DNA from: the human T2T-CHM13v2.0 reference genome, Homo sapiens
DNA length: 64,000 nucleotides
Reading direction: 5' to 3' (one strand)
Assembly (NCBI RefSeq): GCF_009914755.1
Contig: NC_060931.1
Below the pieces are notes generated by a model. That model ran no database searches, had not been told where the DNA came from, and worked only from the letters and a program-made list of their open reading frames with translations. A program made the position numbers and the translations under genes. This document shows, one piece after another, positions 45,557 to 60,971 of this stretch. Within the stretch, counting starts at the first letter, position 1, and every line of letters begins with the position of its first letter.

Positions 45557-45599
45557 CCAGAATAAAAGAATTTTATGTAGACCTAGGGGAATTAGATTG

Positions 45600-46800
45600 A
45601 TAATAACTGTGGCATATCAAATTTGGGGGTATAAATGTATTATTCAATAAGTGGTATGGAAACTGCTACTGATTGAAAGAAACAATTTTAAAAAGTTCCA
45701 AATATCTCAATGGCATAAAATATTAAAAAATTAGGCCATAAATAAAACCAAGTTAAGTGCGAATTAATATATTTATAATATTAGAACATGGAAAGACTTT
45801 TAAATTAGCCATTAATTTAAAAGCTTGAAAATTTTGACCTATAAAATTAACAACAAAAATTCTGGATGACAATGAATAAATTCCAAAGACAAATTTGAAA
45901 AATTAATAACAATTTGAAACAAAACTTTATGCATATAACAAAATGGTAATTTTTAATTTACAAAAAGTTTATGTAAATCAATAAGAAAGGATGAACTAAG
46001 CAATTTTTTAAAAGAGCAAGAAGGCATTCTCCAAAAACTAGGAATGACAATAAATTGTAAGAAATTATGTTCAATCTCAGTAACAACTGAAGAAATGCAA
46101 ATAAAAGAAAAAAATTGAATTTTTCTCTTATTAAACTGTCAAAAAATTAGAATAGTTTGATTTTCCTAGTGTTGTCCAGGATGTGGGTAAATGAGCTGTC
46201 TCATATGTTGTTGTTGAGAGCAAAAATTGCTACATCCTTTCTGTAGGACAATTTGGCAATATCTATCAAAATTCAAAATACTTTTATCCTTTGCCCACTC
46301 ATAAAAGTTCAGTTTATCAATGTACTTATAAAAAGTTTGTCAAAATTTATATACAAGGGTATTCACTATAGAAATTTATGTAAGAACAAAATGCTGAAAA
46401 CAACCAAAATGTTGTTCACCAAGATAATAGATTAATATATTACCGTGTATTAATATATTACCATGTATTAATATGATGGTATATTCTACCACAATAATAA
46501 TGAAATGTAGATATATGTGCTAGTATGATGAGATCTCTAAAATCTATTTTAATTGAAAAAAAGATTTACGGTAATGTGTTAAGATCTCTTTTGAGAAAAT
46601 AAATGTACAACTGGCTACATATTTGTGGCTCAATGTACATTTTGGTGATGGAAAGGAATCACAAGAAACTGTTAACAGTGGGTGCTTGAATATAGTGGTT
46701 AATATATGAATGGAAAGGAGGACGTGATGAGTATTTTACAGTATTTTAGGTTATATACTTTTTTAACATTATATAATGATTTACATTATTATTAGTATTT
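45600..46800 (+). mobile_element. Ancient L1ME/L1MC 3' relic
   Basis: Diverged L1 3' phrases such as GAAATGCAAATAAAA and GGACAATTTGGCAATATCTATCAAAATT. Confidence 0.6.
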
Positions 46801-49239
46801 GTCACAGTAGTCGAGTACACCTACTTGACTGGTTCTTACAGAGATGGGTAAGATTGGGGGCCATTTTATATTTTATTCTTTATTTTGAGAAAAAATCAAT
46901 CAATATTTTAAATATAAATACACACACACCAATACAAGTATGTTTTTACAGGTAAAACCATTCCCAAGAATTGTTTTAAGTGAAAGCATGTGGTTTGTAC
47001 CAAATTGTGTTAAACATAAGGTAGCTATGGAGAGAAGAAAATGCTAAAAACGAAGGAAATGATCCTTTAACAGCTTGTCGATAAATATATCTTGGTTTCT
47101 TCGTTTCCGTCAGTTTTTCTGCTCTCATCCACTATCTCTTAAAATATTTGTGAACCTCTAAATGTATGTTATTGAGGAATCACTAGATCTACATGCTCTT
47201 TTTGAATGTATACATGGTCAATACACTAATTATAAAGGTAACAATAACCTGTTTGTTAATGTGCACAGTCCCAATAACCAATATTTTCAAAACAATCAAT
47301 GGATTATTGGTTAACTCAAAACCTGATTGATACTTTGGAAATAGAGTTTCAAAACATAATTCTTCGTACTATATTGTAAATCTAATTCCACTTACTATAT
47401 ATAATCAACCTTGCCTTCAAATATTTTAAAAGGCTAATTGTCCAGGTTGTAGTGATGTTGTAAGATGGTGGAGAAATTATAGGAGAGTCACACCTTTCCT
47501 CAGCCCTTTCCTCAATGCTGCACCTTGGCTACTACACCTATCTATTCTTATTTCCCATATCAGCTTTCCTAAATGGCCATTCTACTTCTCAAAACCTGTG
47601 TATTAACACTTTCCTTTTTTTTTCTTGAAATATGAGCAAGTTTCCATCAAGAGAATTTAAAGCTGGGGTGGGGTGAGGGGAGGTTAGATGAAGTCTATAT
47701 GATGATTTACCTCAGGGTCTGACATTGGATGTCTCAAATATGCTTCAGCATATCACCTAACATCCTATATTCCATTTATCTCTGTAAGTTTTATTTTTTT
47801 CTATAAAGGAATAAAGTTATGATTTTTTTCAAATGTACAGTAGTTGCTAGTAGGCTTTATACAAGTTAGTGTTGGTTTATTTTTTATCCATGGATATTAA
47901 ATTTCGAGAAGTACATTTATGGTTTTTAATGAGAGTTTATATTGTAAGAATTTTGCACAAGGCCAATTTAGATTTTTTTTTCTAGTGGGTATTTAACCAT
48001 AGAAAGAGTTCAAAGATTACATTAGCACAACCAGATGAGTTCTTGATATTAAAAACAAATAGCTTACTTATTTAGATTCTCCTGACATTGGCCCACAGCT
48101 CTTATCTTTAAATGCTGGTTCTTACAAAGATGGGTCAGGAGGTAAATGAAAGACACTGTGAAAGGCCTTACAAGATGAAGAGAGATTTGAACCAGTTAAG
48201 CTTTTTTTGTGAAACTGGCCTCCCATGCTCAGGGCAGTGTGATAAGTAGCACTCTCTGCTCCAAGTTGCTGATATATACCTTGAGAGTGGTGAGATGGGA
48301 TTCTGTAGGCTGGTCCAGCCTTTGCTATGCTTCCCCTAATGACTGCAAGCCAGAGCCATTCAGTGATTCTCAGTATCCTCCTTCTAAAAGATCTGAGGCT
48401 TTAACATGCAAGCCTTCTTTCCCTATAATAATATACCTCAATCTGACACTTATTTACTCTTTTTCCTGGTTTTATGGGGAAGGCTCCTTCTAAGGCTCAC
48501 GACTCATAAATATTGAAGAAGTTGTTTTATCAAGCATTCCATGATTCTCCTCTTTCTCCAACTTTTCTCTTTCTTCTTGATCCTTCTCTTTTCTGCATAT
48601 ATTTATTTTCTCCTCTTTTAAGACAAGGAAACTCTTGCATCGATCTTCTTTACTTCTGGCTATCAGAGTACATTACTCCTTATGTTACGGGGTAAGCATT
48701 TTGAATGAGTGTATTTTTGCTTCCTGACTCTGACTTATTACCTACCACTCTCTTTTCAGTCCACGGCAATCTGTTCTCTGCCTTTATCTCATACCCAAGA
48801 GATCACTCAAGTCAAAGCACTCATGACTTGCCAACATTGAAAAACAACCGACAATCTTCTTTCGTATTTTAATTGACTTCTCTGTAGTAGTAAAAATGTT
48901 GCCCCTTTCTCATATTTCCCAACTTAAAATTTTTTTTCATTTTTCCTGTGTTGCTAAGTCTCTTGCTGCATCCTAGTTTCATTTCTTACTAGACTTTTCC
49001 ATTACTACCCACTATATAAATGTAGCCCTTGCTAGAGTTCTCGTCTCCGTTCCTTTTCTTTCCTTTCTCCTTAAGCATACTTAACTAGCTTCACAACCTC
49101 TCCTACCACCTTTAACCTCACAATTTTCCAACCTATATCTTGAAATCTAACTCCTCTCATTTCTGGAGCTCATATATTCAACTACTTCACTGACATTCTT
49201 GTTAGATCCTCTCTTGGTCAGTTCATTCTTATTAGATGC

Positions 49240-49610
49240 TATCTTAGTACTTTACTATAACAAAATACTATGGACTTGGTGGCTTATAAACAACAGAAAT
49301 TTATTTCTTACAGTTTTGGAGGCTGGAAATCTGAGATCAAGATATCAGCATGGTCAAGTTCTTGTGAGGGCTCTTCTGGGTTGCAGACTGCTGACTTCTT
49401 ATAGTCTCACATGGCAGAGAGCAGAGAGAGGAAGCTTGGGACTCTCATAAGGACACTAATCCCATTCATGAAGGCTTCATTCTTATAACCTCATCTAATC
49501 CTAATGGTCTCCCAAAGGTCCCATCTCCTAATACCATGACATTGGGGAGTGAGATTTTAACATATTCAACATATTAATTTTGGGGGGATAGAAATATTCA
49601 GTCCAGTACA
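49240..49610 (-). mobile_element. MLT1A0/MST-like MaLR LTR within an L2 relic
   Basis: GGCTTATAAACAACAGAAATTTATTTCTTACAGTTTTGGAGGCTGG...AATATTCAGTCC. Confidence 0.75.
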
Positions 49611-52413
49611 GAGGCCTCACAGCTTCCTGAAAGTTCACACAATCAAAACTGAACAAATCCAACTCTCCAAATCTGCTTCAAAAATGAACATTCTCTCTCC
49701 AGATCTCCTTAAAATTAAACATTTCTTCTCCAAATCTACTACTCCTCTATTTTCCTTGCTTGTTATATTTAGATGCCTACCCAGTTCTTTCAAGTATTGC
49801 TCTTTAAAATATTATTTCATCCCTCTCAATCCTGGCTGTAGTGTCATGGTGCTGGAGGTGGCTGCTACAGCGGCAGCATCCCTGTTCAACTGGGGAGACA
49901 ATTGCTCCCTCAGTGGCTTGGTTTTGTGTTATAGATTTGGGAGTTCTTTCTAAAAGTTCAAGTTAAAGCCTGCATCTTCAGCTTTCCAAATTACCCTATT
50001 AATACAAAACAAATAGAGATTTAATTTTACTATAACAGATTCTCTGCAACTGGATCTTTACCAATATAAACGACCAATATAATTTCCTTCTAATAACACT
50101 TGTTAGTTTTCATCACATTTTTTTGGTTGATGTGTCCATTTCTTCTACTTGACTGTTAACTACCTGAGCATGATATTCCTGCAGTAGTACACCTAGTAGA
50201 TATTCAATATTTATAAACTGAATGCATTCACAAGTAAGTGGTATGTGCTATACAAAGATAACTTCATAATAACTATCTTTTCCTCTATGAAATATTTAAC
50301 ATTATGCTTAAAATATTAATGAAAATGTGACTTCAACTCAGTATGCTAAAAATATCTTTTAATAATAGAAATTATCTTCCAAGACTACATTTTTCTTTAA
50401 TAGTTGTATCTCATTTCCAAATTTTCTTTGATGAAGAAAACTACTTTTGTTGTTGTCCTAAAAGTTTTCATGCATGATTTCATGTTCTTTGTTGCACCTG
50501 AAAATAGAAATTGAAGTTATAAAGTTATAACTTTAAGATACATTGATGCTGTCAAACTGAAGGCCATGTAATTTTTTCTTTGCATTCCTCTGTGGTTCTT
50601 AACATGTCAAGGATGACTAGTCACTTTCATTAAGCACTATGACCTGGGTATGAAAATCCAAAGATATTACAGAGCTTGTCAAAACAGCTTAGCTCTTTTG
50701 GCCTCTTCTGTGCCACTTATTTTAAAGCTCAGGAAATGAAAAGCAAAGAAAGAGTTTTAAATAATGACAGTTATGGTTAATAATTATAAATGATAAATTA
50801 TAAACGATATTTAGTAGTGCCTATGTAAAATAAAGTCAGTTTGGAATTTGGGGTGCAAAATTAAATGTCTGCAGGAATGGGGCAGGTTATGTAATAAGTG
50901 AAATGGGCTAAATTGGACAAAATGAGTTGGGGAGGATGGAGGGAAAGGAGATTATATTCATGGTCTAAAGGGGCTGGTACTATGCAGGAGGAACAAATTG
51001 GTGCCTTGCAGACAGATAAGCCCAGTGTGGCAGATCTGATTTTTAAAAGAGAAAACAGAAATAAAGAGTTTGCATGGATCATTCTGAACTGTAAATATTG
51101 CCAAATACAAATAATTTACAAACAAACATAACTAAAATTTTGAGTCAATGTCAGCTCACGAGATTAGGTGCCAAGTCTAGGTTAGAATCTATTAAGAGGA
51201 GAACACTTCTTCACAATATGACTTCCATGTAATACATTCATATTACATTTCCTCAGGAATAAACATTTATTGTTAACTACATACTTATATTTTTACAAAA
51301 AAGTAGATTTTGGTCAATGATTTCTGAGTTTTTAATGTTTAGATCACCATTTAAAAACCTAACTAGTATTTTAATCAGTCATATTGAATGAATGAATAAA
51401 TGATTGAGTGAATGAATGCTATAGAGGTAAGAAGGTGAATGTGAGGTAAAGCCTCATCATTGTTCTTTTAAAGCATGGATCTTGAAGTCAGGGACCTTAC
51501 AAAGCCATTGGAAAAAAAATGAGTATCTAAACAGAAAAGTAAATTTGATGTCACAAGCAATCAATCACTGCAAATTAGTAAAATGTAATCATTACACTTA
51601 GACTAGGCAGTGTTTTATTAGTACATCAAAATAAGTCTGTTCCTAAGGGAAATAATGCTAGGGATAAATAGATAACACAAAGGAGAAAGTAATTCACAAA
51701 GCTGTAGATACATAGGTGTATACTTGTGATTTTACCTAGATGTTTGCTACATATCCATTAATAACTTTTATATTTATTACCAACAAAATGAAAAAAAGAC
51801 ATCAGGTTACTCACTCAGCTGTGTAGTCAACTTCCTGGCTTCCAGTGACAGCTTCACTGCTTGTTAGCTGAATACTTGAGTTAAATACTTGGTTTAACTC
51901 TCAGTTTCCCCATATCACAGGGTTGTTAGGAAGATGGAATGAGAAGTAAAGAGCTTGGGACACGGAATGTCACATTGTAAGCACTGAATACATATTAGCT
52001 CTTATTATATATTTTCAAGCACCTCCCTTAAAAAGTATAGCTTGATTGACTGATAGACTGTTTCTTGGTTCTCCAAATTTTTTATCTACTGAATGAATAT
52101 TTCAAGTACTAAATATTATGTCAAGACTGAGAGAAAGATGAGCTTCTATCCTGGAAGTGCTCAATTACTAGTAGAGGATATAGAAATGCATACATGCCAA
52201 AAATTCAAAACAATGTGATTTTTTTCATAGAGGTTATTTTTTTTATTTTTTATTTTTTATTTTTTACAAAATATTAAGAAATACATGTGGACCTGGAAGG
52301 GTTAAAAAAAGTTTGACATAGAGGTGATATTTAGGCTAAGCAAGTCCTGTAGGACAAGCAGAGGTTTTTTCCAGGTGGAGAAAAGGAAAGAATTAAGTTA
52401 AAAAGGAAACAGT

Positions 52414-52724
<311 letters not shown>

Positions 52725-54923
52725 AAAAAGGAAACAGCACCAAATACTGTTTTCTCTGAAGAGCATATTTGGTGCAAGGAATGGGAAGTAGTTGTGACTC
52801 AGTGAAGTGTAGGAAGTTGAGAGGCCTGGGTTATCCCAGATTAATAACATGTTTTATCACAAAATACACACAAAAAAGGATTCTACAGTTAGTGGGATAC
52901 CAAAACAAGTGTTAAATATAATAAAATATTAGCAAGTGAAAGCAAATACCAAAAACAATGAAGTCAATGAAGCTTCACACTCCAGGCTCCACTTTCTTCT
53001 CTCTCCAAAATATACAGCACGATGTATCACATTATTACTCTTTCTAATTACTTCAACCTTTTCTTCTGTAGCAACCTCCTAAACATTTTGGAGTCTTGGT
53101 ATAAGCTGAATGTTCTTGCTTGAGGTTAATACTTAAGATGTACTCACTGGCTCCTCATCATTTCAGTTTGAAAATTGATTATAAGCTTTTGTTGTTGCTA
53201 TCTATAGTCATGTCTTACTACTCCAAGAACACTTAGAAAAATGCATTAAACATAGTGATTATTAAAACGAATATACCTGAACTAGGCTAATAAGACCTCT
53301 TTAAAACCATAATTTGCACAGATGGATGTTCTATCTTATGTGGACAAAACTTATTATCTAGCTTTTTACAATAATTTCTGCTTTTTAATTGAGGTTATTG
53401 TCCTAAATACTACCAGCTCACATACGGAAATTCTAAAAGGGACTAACAAGTCCGCTTCTTACTTCATATTTGGGAAAGCTCTTTGGAGGATTCTGTAGAT
53501 ATGAAGAGAATCCTAAAAAGTTGTATGAATTGCATTTATCTCAATCCATTATGTTTATTTTTTACTTATCAGAATGTTCCCTATCAAACATAAACTAAAG
53601 GGAAATAAGTCTAAGTTTTTCTGTGAACACCCAAGTACTGCTATCAGAATAAGATGACCTAATCATTATCTCAAAGGCAATTTGTGAGGATTAGCAGCGA
53701 ATGTTTTTTTGAATTGCGTATTTGCCAAAATAATTCTGTTTGCTGTGTATATCCTTTTAGAGATCATTCTTTTTTTTTCTTGAATGAAAATCTACTTTTC
53801 CTGAAATTGAAATTGCTGAGTACAACCTACAATATAAAGTTTTATAAATATTCCATTCAGATTTCTCAAAAGATTTAGTTGAAATTTTACCTATGATGAC
53901 AGATGGGATAAGAAAGACAGGGCAACATTCTTTACTCTACGTATATTCTGAACAGACAAGATTTATGTTCCTGTTTTCTACGAAGGACAGAGGATGCCAG
54001 GCATCTCTCATAAATCTGTTTACATTTGCTGTAGGATGGATATCACAGCCAATGTTTGAGTGCATTAATTTGGGGTTCAAAAGAGTCATTTTCATTCAAA
54101 ATGTGAAAAACATGAGATGATGAAAGAATGATTTTAGTGGTATGCTGGTAAACATTTGAAAACTTGCCCCTTAGAAAAAGTTTAAAAAAAAAAAAAGCGC
54201 CCGGATTTGTGGCATTTTCTGATTTCCTTACTGTAAGTACTTTCACTATTTCCTATTTTCAAGTCACCAACATGATGTCAACTGGCTTACAAATTCCTAA
54301 ATTGGTTTCCAAGAGTCATTATGAGTTGGCTTAACACACCAGTGACTAGAACATGATATTTATTTTTACCAATCAATTTCAAGCTCATTAATGACATGAT
54401 CAAAATAATTACAGTTCATTTTTAAGTGAAAGTGGAAAATGTTGCTGCATTTTTCCTTTAATATAGAAGAAAAAATATATAAGTAGCTTTTGGAAAAATG
54501 GCACGAAATATCTCTATTTATATTGTAGGTTTTTTTGGGTGTGGTCTTCCTGCAAGCACCATTTTACTTTGAAATTTATTAGAAAAAATAAATCATAGAA
54601 ATTAGAAAGTGAATGGAAACAGTTTTTCTCCATTTAATTTCATTACAATGGTACACAACAATCTCTTTGATTAATGTTGTAGCAGTTTGTGGATTGATCA
54701 GAATAATTCTTATCTATAGACAAGGCCAGGAGTATCAAGATGCTAGTGTATAAAATATATTTCCCCAAATATGTGTAATGCCTATACAAATTACTATTCG
54801 TAGTATATTTTAATACTCTTTCAAATCAAAGGAAAAACAAAAACATCTGTTAGAGAGAAAAAAAAGCCAATCATATAAACAGAAAACTTCCATGAAGTAA
54901 ACTCCATCATTATCATCATTTTA

Positions 54924-55225
54924 TTTTATAATTTTTAATTTTTGTGGGTACATAGTAGGTGTATATATTTATAGGATACATTAGATGTTTTGATACTGGC
55001 ATGCAATGTGAAATAAGCACATCACAGAAAATGGAATATCCATCTCCTCAAAAAATTTATTTGACTCCACTACTTTTTCTGTTCTTCTAAATTCCTTGGT
55101 TAAGCTGTGGAAAAAGATGTTGAGTACCTTTTCATATGTCTGTTTGCCATTTTGTATGTCTTCTTTTGAGAAATGTCTATTTAAATCTTTGCCTGATTTT
55201 TAATTGGTTTATTAGATTTTCTTCC
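54924..55225 (-). mobile_element. 5'-truncated L1MA (L1MA1-3-like) with an internal deletion filled by a 64-bp insert; inserted in a MIR
   Basis: TTTTGTGGGTACATAGTAGGTGTATATATTTAT..., then GATGTTGAGTACCTTTTCATATG...; 17-bp TSD TCATTA(T/G)CATCATTTTA (54907-54923 / 55226-55242). Confidence 0.85.
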
Positions 55226-55654
55226 TCATTAGCATCATTTTATACTTAAGAAAACTGAAATACAGAGAGGTTAAGTAATCTGTCTAGGGTCATGCAGCAG
55301 GTAAGTGTCAGAGCCAGCACTCAATGTCCTTTTGATACCGCTACCTACGTAATATACCTTTAATATTTATGGTTTAGAATTAACTGTGCATCGGATGGGC
55401 TCTTTTGATTGTTACCTGGAGAGACTTGCTCAGGTTTCCTAAACTACATAAGAAAACTGCATAAGAAAACAGGAATTATATTATGCAGCCAGGTCTCATT
55501 GAGTCCCAGAAAAGCTGCACACGCAACTTTCAGTGAAGAGACAAGAATTGCTAAAACCATACTTCATAAGGTACTGCAACACCATTCTGAATTCAGTGCA
55601 ACTGTGGTTCTCATGTGATCTTATTCCCCCTCTACAGAAAATGTTCATTGATCT

Positions 55655-56980
55655 TCTTGGGGTTCAGAAAAATGATATCTCAAAGTATGGTGCTTTTGTA
55701 TGCTGAGTACTTTAAAGAACATTGGAAGGCTTAAGTAGCAGTCTCAGAACCAAGGTCTCACTGACCTTCTCCTGCCCTCCTATCTCACACCCCTCATTCT
55801 CTCCTGAAGTGAATCTTGAAAACCAGAATTCCTCTTCCCCAAAGTGGTCATAGAAACTAGAATCCCTTTGCCCCATAGCAAGCCATAAAATCTAGAAATA
55901 TTGCTCTAACCTTCCTCCACCTTTTTCTCTAGGAGCTGACTATAAAGAAATTCTCTGACCTACCTCTCTTTAATAGTAGGTCATAAGACCCTCAATCCAG
56001 ATGGGTCCTGCCCCATATCAAGAAGGAAGAAATGATACCACAGACAGCCCAAGAGGAATCCGTACAGCTTTGCTGAGTTTCCCTACTCGGTCTATTATCT
56101 TTAGGTCTTCCCCTTTTGTCCAATCACATTGCTACACAGCTGTTCATGCCTCACCAAACCCAAGCATAAAAATAGACACTTTTCCCTGAGTCTTTGAGTC
56201 TTCATTTCTGAAGGCTTTAGTGTCACATAAAATTTTGAATAAACTGGTGTGCTTTTTTCTTGTTAACCTGTCTTTTTGATGCAGGATTTTTCTCAGTCAC
56301 TTCACCAGCTGGGAACCGCCGGCCGGCGACGCCCCCGCCTGGGCCTTGCTTGGCCATGCTACTTGCTGCAGGAGGTGGCCCACCCACTCAGCCCACCCAG
56401 GCTGTGCCTGGCTTGCACACTGGCTCAGCCCGCAGCTGGGCCAGGTGTGCCCCAGCCCATCTGTGTTATAGCTCATATTATGGGTCTGGTGATTCCTGAG
56501 TTCTTGTCCTGTGTCCTAGAAAAATGAGGATATGCTGACAATTGAAGGGTGAGGAGGGTGGAGAAGAATTTTATTGAGTGACAAAACAGCTCTCAGTGGA
56601 GAGGGGTCACAGGAGAGCTTCCCCACCCGAAGTCAGGTGGTTTCTCCCCCGGTGTGGATGAGTCTAGGGTTTTTACAAGCACAGGATGGGGAGGGGTGGG
56701 ACGAAGGTAGCATTGGAATAGGTAACTTTTGGTTAGTTTAAAAGCATTATTCAGAAAGAACCAATTGGGAAAGAGCAGGCAAACAGGAATAGAAGATCTC
56801 ACTCTAGGTTGCAGGTCTCGGGCTGATTTTGGATTGAAGGTGGGGTTTCACTCGGGACCTTCCTCTGTCTACTTAGGCATTTGTCTACCTCCTGCTGCTC
56901 TCATTTTGTTATGAATGTTGGCCATGCCCCTCATGATGGAGAGGAAAGGTATTAATCTCTACTATTTCTGATTCTACAAT
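55655..56980 (+). mobile_element. MER31-like ERV1 LTR interrupted by a second LTR
   Basis: GGGGTTCAGAAAAATGATATCTCAAAGTATGGTGC...TTGTTAACCTGTCTTTT | GTTATGAATGTTGGCCATG. Confidence 0.7.
56277..56903 (-). mobile_element. ERV1 solo LTR (LTR27/MER52-group-like)
   Basis: TG...CA ends (TGATGCAGGATTTTT ... CTGCTCTCA), 4-bp TSD TTTT, TTTATT poly(A) signal on the minus strand, GC-rich. Confidence 0.65.
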
Positions 56981-58403
56981 GTCTACTATTCGTGTTCTGG
57001 AATTTATTTGACTCCACTACTTTTTCTGTTCTTCTAAATTCCTTGGTTAAGCTGTGGAAAAAGAAATTCTGATTAACTCAGCAAATTAGTGTTGCACCTG
57101 TGTAAGCAGAGCTTTATGCTAAGCCATCTTTATGAAAGATACTAGATTATTCTTAAACAAGGAGAGAGAGGAAGTAGGAGAAAGCAAAACTTCAAGTTTG
57201 GGCAAATAGGTGAAAATACAGGAGAATGAAGGGATAATGATTTCAATATTGGTTGACTTTAGTCTTAGGTACTACAAAATACATAAGAAGGTATTCGTTC
57301 TATTAATTCTATTCATTTACAAGAAAAACTGAGTGGTCTGCAGGTCAGGAAAACCCATTAGTGAACCATCAGTGTACTTGTCATGTTTAAATCGAGTGTC
57401 TCTTAGCCATGCCATAACTTAGTCTCATATTCTTTTTTTATTTAAAAATTGTGTCAATTAAATATTTAAATTAAATCCCAATGCATTTTGAGTGTGAAGT
57501 TTTAATTAAAAGTCAGTACACTATGGTTTTCTCATGTAAATTTTTTGCTTGAAGGCTGCCTGGCAAATAAAAAATGAATAAAACAGAAAATGTCTTTGAG
57601 GTAAACTCAGCAAAATCATAGATGCAGTTCCACTGAGTACTGCTGCATTGAAAATCCCTCAGAGATAGAAAAAAAATAATTGCTATCTGCAATACTGCAC
57701 ATTCCCTAAACTACGCTCTTTGAAGCAGTCATTAACAGCAGCATCCTCAGTGTATAGTGTTTTATGGTCTCACTGTGTGTGACAACATTAAGCATCATTA
57801 AAAAGGGTAATTAGAATAAAAATGCAAAGTTCCATACATCTTTTGAAATACATCACATATAGTCTGTCCTTGAAACAAAAAAGGGCATGAAAATAAAGTT
57901 AACTAACCTTTTAAAATACGTGAATAGAATAAGAATGAAATCTTTAGATTGCTTTAAAAGACACAATTAATAACTCTAAAACAAAGTGCTAAAAACAGAA
58001 AATTTCAGTGCTTGAGCAAGTAAAATAATGTTGTTAAGAACTGAACTGGTAATAGAGTAGAAGAGTAAAGAAAAACAAAACATATAAATGTCTCTTTGAA
58101 GAAACCATAGGATCAAGAAGAAAAAATTTATTGCTAGGAAGCAAAAAAATAGAAAAAATATTATAACTGTCCAATCTAAATACAAAACACCCATATAATG
58201 ACATATTATGTAAACATTATCAGATATGCTTTCAAAGTGTAGTTACAAAAACAATCACATTGTCATGGTAAAATGGCAAGATTTGAGATACCCAGCTCTA
58301 TAGAGAGAATTATTTAAAATCACAAAATCAAATGTTTAGTCTCACTGTACATCATCCAGAACTGTTATCTGAAAAACACATAGTAATTTAAAAAATTACT
58401 TAG

Positions 58404-59062
<659 letters not shown>

Positions 59063-59899
59063 TCATACTTTCTGAAGAACCCCCATTGAAAATTATAGTT
59101 AAATGGATGCACTAATTTTTAAAGAGCTTTTTATAAAATATATCAGAAACATGAAAACAAAAACTTAAGTTTTAAACATTAAAAATGCCATGTTAAACAT
59201 TAAAAATTAAATAACTATATTTCTTAGTTATTAAGAAAAATAACTTATTTCTTAGTTGTAGGTTGGTCATCATGAGAAATACTCCCTAAATTGGTTCAAA
59301 TATTGACGTGCCAGAGATGTTGATTTATGAATTCACAAGGTATTTTGAGATTGAAAGCCATGATTTCCACTAGGAATGAATTTACATTCTGCTTTAGGGA
59401 AACCAGATGACTTTCACTGCTTAATCATTCTGTTAAGTACTTCGTTAGTCACAACTTTAGCCTCAAGCCTCTATGGAGATTAGGGGAGCACACAGGAAAA
59501 GACTGACAAAGCTAAATTGAAAAGATTCGCGAAGTCTTGACTTAATATACAGGAACACTTTTGTTCCTTCACCAAATTTAAATTTCTAACTAGGATCATA
59601 TTTTTACGTAAAAACTACTTTGAGCACTAAAGGATAAAAACAATTGACATTTTCATATACATATGGGGAAAAAAAACCTTAAACATGCCTCCTTCATACT
59701 TGCTAGTACTAGAAATCTTGGTCTTACCAAGGAAAATTTGCAAAGATCCTTACAAAAGGATTTCTTACATAAATCCAGATAGAGCCAAGTCATTTTGTCA
59801 ATGATCAATGGTTATGCTTTCTTGTGGCACTTCCTTGTTGCTGCTGAACATCATGGTCTTCAGGGTATTGCAGATATTCCATGGGGCCTTTGCTAGGAG

Positions 59900-60056
59900 A
59901 ATTGTGGACGAAGGACCAAAATTATGAGCATTATTTGGGAGCTTGTTTGAAATACAAAATCTCAGGTGACATTCAAGACCTTGTGGATGACAATCTGCAC
60001 TTTAACAAGATCTCCAGGTAGATCATATGCACGTTAAACTGAGAAGCACTGTTCTA
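59900..60056. mobile_element. MER5A-like relic
   Basis: GGGAGCTTGTTTGAAATACAAAATCTCAGG...CTGCACTTTAACAAGATCTCCAGGT...GAGAAGCACTG. Confidence 0.7.
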
Positions 60057-60431
60057 AACTTGTCAGGGTCGCACAGGTGCGAGTCTCACCTTTACAGTCT
60101 CTCACTTTCAAACCACAAGGATTTTCTAAGTACCATTTAACCCTCCCACTAAAATAAATGAGTCCTAGATTCCCTTCTGTGATTCAAAAAATTCTCCTTC
60201 TAAGTTGCAGCGAGCTAAGTTTCTGTCACTGGGAAGTAAGATGGATAATATTGAGGTACCTGGAAAGACAGACAAATGACTCTGGGTTTCACACACCTTC
60301 AGGTTACCATTACTTTTTTTGTTCAAGTACTTAAAATGTAGAAATATCTCAGACTTATAGAATTATTTTCCAGATGAAGGCCTCAGTTGGCCTACATGAA
60401 CTATGAGATTCCTATTTCACTTCTAACATAA

Positions 60432-60834
<403 letters not shown>

Positions 60835-60971
60835 CCGTGATGAGTTTCTTCTAATGTTTCCTTTACTTAAGGAAAGCTTCTTCCAGTTTCATCACAATAA
60901 AATGTGTGGAAAGCCCTTTACAGTAAAATAATATGTTACTATATAAACAAACTGAGTTTTAATAACAGTGC

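Noticed and set aside
53463-53512. Possible 50-bp minus-strand exon (TTTTTAG...GTAAGA)
   Set aside because: Isolated, peptide not recognised, and motif strength within chance expectation.
55118-57000. New mobile element flanked by 64-bp direct repeats
   Set aside because: The left repeat lies inside a TSD-bounded L1 and the interval holds ordinary old repeats; a templated insertion explains it better.
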